Source of the DNA: an uncultured Chloroflexota bacterium
GTDB taxonomy: Bacteria; Chloroflexota; Limnocylindria; Limnocylindrales; Limnocylindraceae
NCBI GenBank assembly: GCA_903944295.1
Contig: CAJARA010000138.1
Span: 1 to 36,243, forward strand
Direction: 5' to 3'
Length of the DNA: 36,243 bases
Positions 17,427 through 26,995 of the stretch are shown piece by piece. Positions within the stretch are counted from its first letter, which is position 1; each line of letters begins with the position of its first letter. A program made the position numbers and the translations under genes. The notes beneath the pieces are model-generated. The model had not been told where the DNA came from. It was given only the letters and a program-made list of their open reading frames with translations, and made no database searches.

Positions 17427-18977
17427 ATGAGTGGGCAGACGGTACGGAATAGCGCGCTCCTCTCAGCTGCGGCGCTTGCATCGCGCCTGCTCGGCTGGGT
17501 GCGGCTGATCGTCCTCGTCACCGCGTTCGGTGCGGATGGACGACTCGATCCGTACCTCGCCGCCTTTAAGATTCCGGACATTATTTACCAGTTGATTGCA
17601 GCAGGACCACTCTCAAGTGTCCTCGTACCGCTCGTGGTTCGACTGCGCAGCGAGGGAGATGAGCTTCGCGCCCGTCGCATCATGAGCTCAATCTTCCTCA
17701 TCTTCGGCGTCCTTGCGCTCGTGATCGCAGTCGCGGCGCTCCTCCTTGCTGGTGGACTCGCCGAACTTCTCGCGCCTGGGATCAGCGCGGCACAGCGCGA
17801 GGAGGTGGCCCAACTGAGCAGGATCCTCGCCCCTTCGTCGCTCGGCCTCGGGATCGTTGCAGTGGCGAGTGTTTGGACCGCCGCGAACGAGCGCTTCCTC
17901 GCCGCGTCGATTGGGCCGATCGTCTACAACCTCTCCGTCATCCTCTTCACCCTCTTCGGCGCTGAGCAGTTCGGCACTGTTGCCGCCGCACTCGGCACTG
18001 TTGTTGGCGCGCTGCTTTATGGCGTGATCGCTATCGCTGCTGCGCGGGTTGCTGGCTTACGCCTCGCGCGGCCCTCACTTAGGGATCCGCTCTTGCTCGG
18101 ATCGCTCGGTTCGCTGGTGCCACGCATGAGCGGGCTCCTGATTGTCCAGATCGTTCTGACCAGCCTTGTGGCGCTCGCAAGTACGCTTGGGCCAGGGAGC
18201 ATTACGGCGTGGACCTACGCCCTCTCGCTGGTGCAACTCCCGCTCGCGATGGTCGCAGGATCAATCGGCACGGCGATCCTTCCCGTTGCGGCACGCGTGC
18301 TGAACGTTGAAGGGCCAGCTGGCTTACTACGTGTGACACGAAGTGCACTCGGTGCGGCGATCTGGATGCTCCTCCCCGTCGCCGTGATTGGTGCCGCACT
18401 CGCCACCAACCCTGTTGGGCTGGTGCTTGGGATCTCGCCAGGGAGCCCCGTCGGTGCCCTCCTGTTTTCCGGGCTGAGCCTGCTCCTCTTTAGTCTCCCG
18501 ATTCAAGGAGCGACAAGCGTTGCGACGCGTCTCTGCTACGGAGCTGGCGATACACGTGGCCCTGTAGGGAGCAGCGTTGTTGCCTCTCTCCTTATCGCCC
18601 TCTCCGCAGCGCCTTTCGTTGCCGCGTTTGGATTTGCAGGGCTCGCCGCCGCCGTGCTCTTTGGTGAGGGAGTTGAGTGTCTGCTACTTCTCCTGCGACT
18701 CCGCAGTCACGTTGGAGGTCATCTGCTGCGTGAACTGATGCGAATGCTCGCTATGTCACTTGCGACGGCGGCGAGTGGTCTCGCCCTCGCACTCGCCCTC
18801 TCTGCGGCTGTGAGCGCGCTCGTTGCGAGTGAGAGCCTCGCCCTCCGTGCGCTGATCGATGCCAGTGCCGCGGCCGCCGGCCTCCTCTTCTATCTCCTGC
18901 TGAGCGCGCGGCTGAAGGCTCCGGGGTCCGACGCACCGATAGCTACACTCAGGCGCGCGTGGGGACGGATTAGATGA
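17427..18977 (+). CDS. murJ: Lipid II flippase MurJ (MviN), divergent
   Basis: SRLLGWVR, AFG...D.YLAAFKIPD, LVP, QLP and many TM segments typical of MOP-superfamily MurJ. Confidence 0.85.
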   Translation: MSGQTVRNSALLSAAALASRLLGWVRLIVLVTAFGADGRLDPYLAAFKIPDIIYQLIAAGPLSSVLVPLVVRLRSEGDELRARRIMSSIFLIFGVLALVIAVAALLLAGGLAELLAPGISAAQREEVAQLSRILAPSSLGLGIVAVASVWTAANERFLAASIGPIVYNLSVILFTLFGAEQFGTVAAALGTVVGALLYGVIAIAAARVAGLRLARPSLRDPLLLGSLGSLVPRMSGLLIVQIVLTSLVALASTLGPGSITAWTYALSLVQLPLAMVAGSIGTAILPVAARVLNVEGPAGLLRVTRSALGAAIWMLLPVAVIGAALATNPVGLVLGISPGSPVGALLFSGLSLLLFSLPIQGATSVATRLCYGAGDTRGPVGSSVVASLLIALSAAPFVAAFGFAGLAAAVLFGEGVECLLLLLRLRSHVGGHLLRELMRMLAMSLATAASGLALALALSAAVSALVASESLALRALIDASAAAAGLLFYLLLSARLKAPGSDAPIATLRRAWGRIR

Positions 18978-20056
18978 TCGTTGAGCGCGCGCCGATTGGA
19001 ACGCTCACTGATCCGGCTCTGCGTGCCGCGTGGGATCAGCGCGCCGTCGCTGCACCGGGTGGCGACATGCACCAAGGTGCTGCCTTCGCCGCCGATCGTG
19101 CGCGGCGCTCGATTAGGACGCTCCCGCTTTATGTGGACGGAGCCCCGCTGCTTGTCTGCATTCGCTCACTGCCGTTCCTCGGCCTCAGTGTTGCGAGCAT
19201 TCCGCGCGGACCAGCAGCCCCTACTGATGCGCCAGATGCAGAGCGAGCGAGCGTTCCCGGACGACTGCAGCGCGTTGGGGAGTGGCTACGGAGGGAGGAG
19301 GGGGTGGTTGAGCTTCGTGTTGACCCGTGGCTCCCCGCATCCGATGCACTTGAAGTGGAGTGGCTCCGCGCTGGATTCTCTCCATGCGATGAGAGCTTCT
19401 TCAGCAAGCATGCGATGTGGATTCGAGCCACGGCGAAGCCTGGCGCTACGGAGACCGAGATCTTCTCGCACCTGAACGCAACCAAGCGAAATGAGATCAG
19501 CGCTGCCCATCGAAACGGGATCCAGGTGTCACGTCTGCACGCAGAGCACGATCTGGTTGCGCTGAGAGAGGCGGCGACTCTGGTGAACGAGACGGCGGTC
19601 CGGCGTCAATTTGCCCAAATCAATCTGGATCAGACGCTGCTCACCTGGGTAGATTTGATGCACTCTGGCCAGATGGAGGCTTGGGTGGCACGCGATGCTC
19701 AAGGGGGGGTGATCGCGATGGAGACGGCGCTGCGGCACGGTGAGCGGCTGACAAGCCACCATGCTGGTTCACGCGAGGTGGGCTCCTCGGTTCCAGCGGG
19801 TGCCGTCGTACTCCTTCGGTGGACGCTGATAGAGACTGCACGACAGGAGGGGCGCATCGCCGATCTTGGAGGGGCGGATGTTGCTGGTCATCGGGAGATT
19901 CCGCAGGCAGGCGAGAAGATGTACGGACTCTATGACTACAAGCGTGCCTTCGGTGCTGAGTGGGTGGCAATGTCTGGCGCGCATCGGATCGTTCTCGATT
20001 CACGCCGTTACGCTCTGCGTTCGGCAATCCGAACGGTGCTGAGGGCGGGGCGATGA
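18974..20056 (+). CDS. FemABX/FemX-like tRNA-dependent peptidoglycan aminoacyltransferase
   Basis: WD..., IPRGP, RVDP, KRNEISAAHRNG, LRW..I..A...G, DLGG, GLYDYKRAFG; no coiled-coil insert; sits between murJ and murE. Confidence 0.75.
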   Translation: MIVERAPIGTLTDPALRAAWDQRAVAAPGGDMHQGAAFAADRARRSIRTLPLYVDGAPLLVCIRSLPFLGLSVASIPRGPAAPTDAPDAERASVPGRLQRVGEWLRREEGVVELRVDPWLPASDALEVEWLRAGFSPCDESFFSKHAMWIRATAKPGATETEIFSHLNATKRNEISAAHRNGIQVSRLHAEHDLVALREAATLVNETAVRRQFAQINLDQTLLTWVDLMHSGQMEAWVARDAQGGVIAMETALRHGERLTSHHAGSREVGSSVPAGAVVLLRWTLIETARQEGRIADLGGADVAGHREIPQAGEKMYGLYDYKRAFGAEWVAMSGAHRIVLDSRRYALRSAIRTVLRAGR

Positions 20057-21609
20057 GCAGACAGCGTGCGCCACAACAGATCGCGTCACTCGTTGAGCGC
20101 CTTGATCGGCTCGGCCTCCTCCTCCGCAGTGAGAGCCGAGGACTTGATCGATCAGATCTCATGATCAGTGCCCCATGGACGCATGACTCACGTCAGGTCC
20201 TGCTTGGTGGCGCCTTCGTGGCGATTGCTGGGGCACGTGCCGATGGTGCAACGTTTGCCGCAGAGGCGCTACGTCGCGGTGCTGCGCTGCTGATCAGTGA
20301 GCCGGCTGGTGTGCGCTCGATCGCCGCCTTGGGTCCAGAGGCGGCAGAGGTTCCACTGATTGCGGTGAGCAACGCTCGTCGCGCACTCGCTGAAGCATCC
20401 GCCTGGTGGGAGGGTGATCCCGCCGAAGAGTTAGTTGTCATCGGTGTCACTGGTACAGATGGGAAGACCACCACCTCTACGTACCTCGCAACGGCGTTAA
20501 GTGCCGCTGGGCTCTCGGCTGGTCTCATCTCTACTGCGTTGCAGCGCGTCGGCGGGAAGGACGAGCCGATGGCGGCGCATCAGACCACTCCAGAGGCGCC
20601 AGCACTGCAGGCGCAGCTGCGCAAGATCGCCACAGCGGGAGATCGCGCTGCGGTGCTTGAGACAACGAGCCATGGGCTTGCCCTTGATCGTGTTGCAGCG
20701 ATCAACTATGCCGCTGGGATCGTCACCAACTTCACATCAGACCACCTCGATCTCCACGGAACGGTTGAGGAGTATCGGAAGGCGAAGCTGCTGCTTGTCG
20801 ATCGTGTGCGTGGTTCCGCTGCAAGCAGGGCGGCACATCTTGAGCCGCTGATGGTGGTTCGTCGTGCCGATCCGGCACTTGCACCGTTCGTTGTGGCAGC
20901 AGAGGCGGCGGGGATTCGCGTGGTCGACTTTGACGTTGCGGAGGACGGGGCACTACTGCTTAATGGAGAGCGACACAAAGTGACGCTGCGCATGCCTGGG
21001 CGCATCAATGCGTTAAACGCCGCGGCGGCACTCGCGCTCGTTGCGGCATGGAAGCTGCCGCTTGATGCAGCGATCGTTGCGGTGTCGGCTGAGCCTGGGC
21101 CTCCTGGTCGTAGTGAGGCGGTGGATGCTGGCCAGCCGTTCAAGGTGATCGTTGACTTTGCGCATACGGGTCCTTCGTTGACAGCGGCGATCGGTGTTGC
21201 GCGCTCGCTTCTTGTTGCTGGTGGGCGGCTACTGCTCGTGACTGGCGCGGCGGGGGAGCGCGACCCTGGGCGACGCACCGCAGTGGGGCGAGCGGCGTCG
21301 GCCGCCGAGCGGATCTGGATCGCCGATGAGGATCCACGCGGCGAAGATCAAGACGTCATTGCCGCTGCAATCCGCGACGCCGCAGGTGAGCTTCTTGGCG
21401 CGTCGGCGAGCGAGCGGATCACGGTGCTGCATGACCGACGAGCGGCGATCGCCGCTGCGATCAGTGCGGCAGCCTCAGGAGACGTGGTGCTCCTCGCTGG
21501 TAAGGGGCATGAGCGGACGATCGAGCGGGGCGGAGTCGATGAGCCGTGGGATGAGGTGGCGGCGGCGCGTGAGGCGCTCTCCTCCCTCGGTTATCCTCAA
21601 GGGACATGA
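20053..21609 (+). CDS. murE: UDP-MurNAc-tripeptide ligase MurE
   Basis: DSRQV, GVTGTDGKTTT, TTPEA, ETTSHGL, TNFTSDHLDLH, PGR, VDFAHT, GERD, EDPR, AGKGHE. Start set at ATG20053 (ATGA overlap) rather than 19960. Confidence 0.92.
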   Translation: MSRQRAPQQIASLVERLDRLGLLLRSESRGLDRSDLMISAPWTHDSRQVLLGGAFVAIAGARADGATFAAEALRRGAALLISEPAGVRSIAALGPEAAEVPLIAVSNARRALAEASAWWEGDPAEELVVIGVTGTDGKTTTSTYLATALSAAGLSAGLISTALQRVGGKDEPMAAHQTTPEAPALQAQLRKIATAGDRAAVLETTSHGLALDRVAAINYAAGIVTNFTSDHLDLHGTVEEYRKAKLLLVDRVRGSAASRAAHLEPLMVVRRADPALAPFVVAAEAAGIRVVDFDVAEDGALLLNGERHKVTLRMPGRINALNAAAALALVAAWKLPLDAAIVAVSAEPGPPGRSEAVDAGQPFKVIVDFAHTGPSLTAAIGVARSLLVAGGRLLLVTGAAGERDPGRRTAVGRAASAAERIWIADEDPRGEDQDVIAAAIRDAAGELLGASASERITVLHDRRAAIAAAISAAASGDVVLLAGKGHERTIERGGVDEPWDEVAAAREALSSLGYPQGT

Positions 21610-23861
21610 GCGTCGAACCGCAGCCTCTCGCCTCCGACGGCGGTCGGGTCCCGCGTTCAGCGGATCCGGTCGCTAAGGTCCGCGCGCTTGCGCGTCCAGT
21701 GGGGGAACTCCGCGAGCGTCTCCTCGCAAAGGCAACCGACGGCGGCGCAGACGCGACTGCCGTGGGCATGATTGCTAACGCCTTCGATTTCGCTGTGACC
21801 GCACACGGCGATCAGCTGCGCGCCTCGGGTGAGCCGTATGTCACACATCCAGCGGAGGCGGCGCTCATCCTTGCCGACCTCGGCCTTGACGCAACGACAC
21901 TCGCTGCAGCCCTGCTGCATGACGTGCCGGAAGACACGAGCATCACTACGGAGGAACTTGCCGAGCGCTTCGGCGAGGAGGTGGCGAACCTGGTGGACGG
22001 CGTCACCAAGCTGAGCAAGTTCTCGGCGCTGAGTGCGGAGGAGCAGCACGCGGAGAACATCCGCAAGATGTTCCTGGCAATGTCCCAAGATATCCGCGTC
22101 GTCCTGATCAAACTCGGCGACCGTCTCCACAACATGCGCACCCTCGCCGCACTTGGGGCCGAGAAGCAGCGCCGCATCGCACGCCAGACCCTCGAGATCT
22201 ATGCGCCGCTCGCCGAGCGACTCGGCATCTGGCAGATGAAGTGGGAGCTCGAGGACCTCTCCTTCAAGGCGCTTGAGCCAGAGCGGTATCACGAGCTGGC
22301 ACGCCTTGTGGACATGCGCCGCGATGCGCGTGCCGATTATGTGACCCGCGCCATTGATGTGCTGCGCCCAGAGCTTGAGAAGGCTGGCATCACGGCCGAA
22401 TACTCCGGTCGCGCCAAGCACCTCTATTCAATCCATAAGAAGATGACGCGCAAGAACACCGACTTCTCGGAGATCTACGACGTCTTCGCCGTGCGCATCA
22501 TCGTGGAGGACCTACGTGAGTGCTATGCGGCGCTCGGCGCGGTGCACTCGGTCTGGCGCCCGATTCCTGGTCAATTTGATGACTACATCGCCGTGCCGAA
22601 GAACAACCTCTACCAGAGCCTGCACACGGCGGTCGTCGCGCTTGATGGCCGGCCGCTTGAGGTGCAGATCCGCACGCGATCCATGCACGAGGTTGCCGAA
22701 GTGGGGATTGCGGCGCACTGGCACTATAAAGACGGCACACGCTCAGATGCCGCGTACGACGCGAAGCTCGCCTGGCTCCGTCAACTCCTTGAGTGGCAGC
22801 GCGACGTCACCGACGCCTCCGAGTTCCTTGAGGGGGTGCGCCTCGACGTCTTCCAAGACCAGGTCTACGTCTTCACCCCAAAGGGTGACGTCAAGGAGCT
22901 CGCCGCTGGCGCCACGCCACTCGACTTCGCGTATCTCGTCCACACCGATATCGGGCATCGCTGTATCGGCGCGAAGGTGAATAATCGCCTCGTTCCACTC
23001 GAGTACCGCCTCAAGTCTGGTGACATTGTTGAGGTGGTGACGGCGCGCGGAAAGCATGGGCCGAGCCGTGACTGGCTCTCAATCGTTGCTACCCGTCAAG
23101 CACGAGACAAGATTCGGCAGTGGTTCAAACACCAGGAGCGGGATGAGAACATCACCCATGGTCGCGATTCGCTCGAGCGCGAGTTGCGACGCCTTGCCCG
23201 TACCACGCTGGAGGCGGTCGGCCGCGAACGTATTGATGAGATCGCGAAGCAGATGAATCAGGGGAGCGCCGACGATCTCTTCGCTGCAATCGGCTACGGT
23301 GCGATCGGGTCACAGCAGGTGGTCTCGCGCCTCGGGGTTGCCTCAGATGACGCGCAAGAGATTCTGCCGCTCACCGTCTCGCCGCATCAGATCGCCCCCG
23401 CCGAGCGAACGGGCGGTATTCGCGTGAAGGGGGTGCCAGACCTTCTGACGCGATTCGGCCGTTGCTGCCGGCCCCTTCCAGGCGACCCGATCGTGGGCTT
23501 CATCACGCGAGGGAAGGGGGTCACCGTGCACCTTGAGAGCTGCTCCACCTCATCATCGGCGCGCGAGGCGTCGCGTCTCATTGACGTGGAGTGGGAGATC
23601 ACACCGGCTACAACGGAGAGCTACCCGGTCACCATTCGCATTGAGGCCTCCGACCGCACCGGTCTCCTCTCGGATATCACGCAAGTGGTGGCGGAGCAGA
23701 AGGTGAACATCCTTGCCGCATCGGTTGGAATGACGGGGGCTGGCAACGCTGAGGTGCTTGCGACGCTCGCCGTTGGCTCCATTAGTGAGCTGGCACGGCT
23801 CATGGCGCGTATTGAGCGCGTGCGCGGCGTGCGCAGTGTGGCGCGGGAGCAGCGACAGTGA
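21606..23861 (+). CDS. rel: Bifunctional (p)ppGpp synthetase/hydrolase (long RSH)
   Basis: RASGEPY..HP, HDVPEDT, DRLHNMRTL, YQSLHT, EVQIRT, AHWHYK, TGS (VFTPKG), CC, and C-terminal ACT (DRTGLL). Confidence 0.96.
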   Translation: MSVEPQPLASDGGRVPRSADPVAKVRALARPVGELRERLLAKATDGGADATAVGMIANAFDFAVTAHGDQLRASGEPYVTHPAEAALILADLGLDATTLAAALLHDVPEDTSITTEELAERFGEEVANLVDGVTKLSKFSALSAEEQHAENIRKMFLAMSQDIRVVLIKLGDRLHNMRTLAALGAEKQRRIARQTLEIYAPLAERLGIWQMKWELEDLSFKALEPERYHELARLVDMRRDARADYVTRAIDVLRPELEKAGITAEYSGRAKHLYSIHKKMTRKNTDFSEIYDVFAVRIIVEDLRECYAALGAVHSVWRPIPGQFDDYIAVPKNNLYQSLHTAVVALDGRPLEVQIRTRSMHEVAEVGIAAHWHYKDGTRSDAAYDAKLAWLRQLLEWQRDVTDASEFLEGVRLDVFQDQVYVFTPKGDVKELAAGATPLDFAYLVHTDIGHRCIGAKVNNRLVPLEYRLKSGDIVEVVTARGKHGPSRDWLSIVATRQARDKIRQWFKHQERDENITHGRDSLERELRRLARTTLEAVGRERIDEIAKQMNQGSADDLFAAIGYGAIGSQQVVSRLGVASDDAQEILPLTVSPHQIAPAERTGGIRVKGVPDLLTRFGRCCRPLPGDPIVGFITRGKGVTVHLESCSTSSSAREASRLIDVEWEITPATTESYPVTIRIEASDRTGLLSDITQVVAEQKVNILAASVGMTGAGNAEVLATLAVGSISELARLMARIERVRGVRSVAREQRQ

Positions 23862-25126
23862 GCGGCTTTCAGGCGCCTCGCGGGATGCGCGACCTCTTCG
23901 GTGCAGATGCCGCCGCTGCGGCGCACGTAGAGAGCGCCGCCTACGCAGCGGCTGAGGCGGCCGGCTATCAGCGCATCGTTTCACCGATCGCCGAAGAGAG
24001 CGCCCTCTTTGAGCGCGGCATTGGCGGATCAAGTGACGTGGTCTCCAAGGAGCTCTACCGACTCGCCCCACATAGCGAAGAGTCAACGCCACTCTCACTC
24101 CGGCCAGAGGCGACCGCTGGCATCCTGCGCGCCTACATCCAGCACGGCATGCGCAGCGCGCCACAACCGGTGCGGCTCGTCACCGTTGCCCCCTTCTTCC
24201 GTCACGACCGGCCGCAGAAGGGCCGCTACCGCCAGTTCACGACGTTCGACATTGAGGCGATCGGTGACGCTGGTCCTGGCATTGATATTGAGGTGATTGA
24301 ACTCGGTGCAAGTTTCCTTGTGGCGCTCGGCCTCCGAGATATTGAGGTGCACTTCAACTCTGTGGGATGTGCCACCTGTCGCCCTGCGTACGCGGCGGCG
24401 CTGACCGCGCACTTCGCGCCAATTGAAGGAGAACTTGGTGAGGTTGACCGCATCAGGCTCCGTGAGAACCCGCTGCGCCTCTTGGACTCAAAGGACCCGG
24501 CAGCGGTACGGCGAGCGGAGAGCGCACCCGCACTCCCTGGTTATCTCTGCGCCGATTGCGCGGCACACGCCGCCGCGGTGCGACAGGGACTGGCGGCGAT
24601 CGGCGTGACGCTCATTGATGCGCCGCGACTCGTTCGCGGGCTCGACTACTACACGCGAAGCGCCTGGGAGTATCTCCTCCCTGGCGAACAGGGGCAGCAG
24701 GGGGCGATTGGTGGCGGTGGGCGCTACGACGGACTTGCCGAGCTGATTGGTGGATCAGCAACGCCAGCGATCGGCTTTGCGATCGGAATTGACCGAGTGG
24801 TGCACGCGCTACAGGATCGCGGGATCACGATTGGTGAAGTTGCGCCCCCCTCGGTGGTGGTCTGCGGCATTGACGAGGGGAGCCTCGCCGCAAGGATCGG
24901 ACTCGCCTCAACACTGCGCACCGCTGGGATCAGCGCACGTGCCGACGTCAGTACCCGTAAGATCGGGAAGCAGCTTGAGGGTGCGGCACGCGACGCGGCG
25001 GTCGCCGTGATCATTATTGAGCCGGACGGTCGCCTCAGCCTCCGCATCATGGCGGACGGGAAGCAGGCGGACCCTGCCGACGAGGCGAGTGTGCTGCGCG
25101 CTGTTGCAGCGCTACTGAAGCGATAG
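23858..25126 (+). CDS. hisS: Histidine--tRNA ligase
   Basis: PRGMRD, LRPEATA, FRHDRPQKGRYRQF, LVRGLDYYT, GGGRYDGL, GFAIGIDR. Confidence 0.96.
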   Translation: MSGFQAPRGMRDLFGADAAAAAHVESAAYAAAEAAGYQRIVSPIAEESALFERGIGGSSDVVSKELYRLAPHSEESTPLSLRPEATAGILRAYIQHGMRSAPQPVRLVTVAPFFRHDRPQKGRYRQFTTFDIEAIGDAGPGIDIEVIELGASFLVALGLRDIEVHFNSVGCATCRPAYAAALTAHFAPIEGELGEVDRIRLRENPLRLLDSKDPAAVRRAESAPALPGYLCADCAAHAAAVRQGLAAIGVTLIDAPRLVRGLDYYTRSAWEYLLPGEQGQQGAIGGGGRYDGLAELIGGSATPAIGFAIGIDRVVHALQDRGITIGEVAPPSVVVCGIDEGSLAARIGLASTLRTAGISARADVSTRKIGKQLEGAARDAAVAVIIIEPDGRLSLRIMADGKQADPADEASVLRAVAALLKR

Positions 25127-25138
25127 GACGGGGGAGTG

Positions 25139-26995
25139 ATGGCTGAGAAGGGACTGCTCGCAACTGGGCTGCGCAGCGACGTCTGCGGCGCACTGCGCGC
25201 GAGCGATGCTGAGCGTCGTGTCCGTCTCGCCGGCTGGATTCACCGTCGCCGCGATCACGGCAGCCTCGTCTTTATTGATCTTCGCGATCGCTACGGCATC
25301 GTGCAGGTGGTGGTTGACGCGGCCACCGCTCCAGAGGCGCATGCAGCGCTGGTGGATGCGCGGATTGAGTGGGTGATCGCCGTTGAGGGGGTTGTCACCC
25401 CTCGTCGTGCTGGGACCGAGAACGAGAAGCTACCAACGGGGGCGATTGAGGTGTCGGCTGACTCGGTGCGCATCCTTTCGCAGTCAAAGACGCCCCCGTT
25501 CTATATCAACGAAACGGACTCTCCGATTGATGAGAGCGTCCGGCTGAAGCACCGCTACCTAGACCTTCGCCGCGAGCCACTGCGCGATCGGCTCCTGATG
25601 CGCAGCGCCATGGTGCAGGCGATCCGTGAGGTGCACCACGAGCACGGCTTTGTTGAAGTTGAGACGCCGATCCTGATCAAATCCACGCCAGAGGGTGCGC
25701 GCGACTTCATCGTGCCATCGCGCCTGCAGCCAGGAAGTGTCTACGCGCTGCCGCAGTCGCCTCAGCAGATGAAGCAGTTGCTGATGGTTGCAGGCTTCGA
25801 TCGCTACTTCCAGATCGCGCGCTGCTTCCGCGACGAAGACCTGCGTGGCGACCGGCAGCCGGAGTTCACGCAGCTCGACCTTGAGATGAGCTTTGTGGAC
25901 GAGTCGAGCGTGCGCGGCTTTGTGGAGCAGATGGTCATTGAGGTGACGAAGCGCACGCGACCAGATCGCCCAATGCAGCAGCTCCCATTCCCTGTCTTCA
26001 CCTACGAGGAGGCGCTTGAGCGCTACGGCTCAGATAAGCCCGACCTTCGCTACGGGATGGAGCTGATCGACCTTGGCGCCGCACTCCCCGCCGCAACCGG
26101 CTTTAAGGTCTTTGACGATGTGCGCGCCAGTGGCGGTCGCATCCGTGCGATCCGCGTCCCTGGGAAGGGCGGCGTTGCGCGATCAGAGATTGACGACCTG
26201 ACAGAGCGCGCGAAGCGTCACGGCGCGAGCGGCCTCGTCTGGATCGCTCTACAACCAGATGGTGAGATCAAGTCGCCGATCGCGAAGTTCCTTTCACCAG
26301 AGTCGGTTGCAGCGATCTGGAGTGCGAGTGGCGGAAAGAGCACCGCACCAGAGGGTGATCTCATCCTTGCCGTTGCTGGCGAGCGCGTCCTCTCTGCAGA
26401 GGTGCTCGGGCGTCTGCGTGTTGAGATTGCACTTGAGGCGAACATGGCGGATCCAGAGATCCTCGCCTTCTGCTGGGTTCATCGCTTCCCGATGTATCAG
26501 TGGGAGGCGGAGTCGAGTCGCTGGGATGCAACACATAACCCGTTTAGCGCCCCAGTTCCCGAGCATCTTGATCTGCTCGCCACAACGTCGGGAGATCTCA
26601 GTAAGCGTTCGGCTGGCGACCCAGCCGGCGGCGCACTCGCGCAGCAGTACGACGTGGTGCTGAACGGTTGGGAGCTCGGCGGCGGCTCGGTGCGCATTCA
26701 TGATCGCGCGCTACTTGAACGTTCATTCGCGCTGATGGGCCACTCCCTTGACGATGCGCGTGCAAAGTTCGGCGCGCTGCTTGACGCGTTTGAGTACGGC
26801 GCGCCACCGCACGGCGGCATTGCAATCGGCGTGGAGCGTTGGGCGGCACTACTCGCGAACCAGGTCAATATTCGTGAAGTGATGGCCTTCCCGAAGACGC
26901 AGTCGGGGAGCGACCTGATGCTTGAGGCTCCGTCAGAGCCCGATGCGAAGCAGTGGAGCGATCTTGGCCTTGCGGTGAAGCCGCAGAAGTCTTAG
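25139..26995 (+). CDS. aspS: Aspartate--tRNA ligase (probably non-discriminating)
   Basis: RRRDHG..FIDLRD, RYLDLRR, STPEGARD, LPQSPQ, CFRDEDLR.DRQPEFTQLD, YGSDKPD, GGGSVRIH, PPHGG, FPKT. Confidence 0.97.
   Translation: MAEKGLLATGLRSDVCGALRASDAERRVRLAGWIHRRRDHGSLVFIDLRDRYGIVQVVVDAATAPEAHAALVDARIEWVIAVEGVVTPRRAGTENEKLPTGAIEVSADSVRILSQSKTPPFYINETDSPIDESVRLKHRYLDLRREPLRDRLLMRSAMVQAIREVHHEHGFVEVETPILIKSTPEGARDFIVPSRLQPGSVYALPQSPQQMKQLLMVAGFDRYFQIARCFRDEDLRGDRQPEFTQLDLEMSFVDESSVRGFVEQMVIEVTKRTRPDRPMQQLPFPVFTYEEALERYGSDKPDLRYGMELIDLGAALPAATGFKVFDDVRASGGRIRAIRVPGKGGVARSEIDDLTERAKRHGASGLVWIALQPDGEIKSPIAKFLSPESVAAIWSASGGKSTAPEGDLILAVAGERVLSAEVLGRLRVEIALEANMADPEILAFCWVHRFPMYQWEAESSRWDATHNPFSAPVPEHLDLLATTSGDLSKRSAGDPAGGALAQQYDVVLNGWELGGGSVRIHDRALLERSFALMGHSLDDARAKFGALLDAFEYGAPPHGGIAIGVERWAALLANQVNIREVMAFPKTQSGSDLMLEAPSEPDAKQWSDLGLAVKPQKS

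Noticed and set aside
19960-20052. ORF-track start of murE at 19960
   Set aside because: It would overlap the Fem gene by about 97 nt; ATG20053 forms the standard ATGA overlap.
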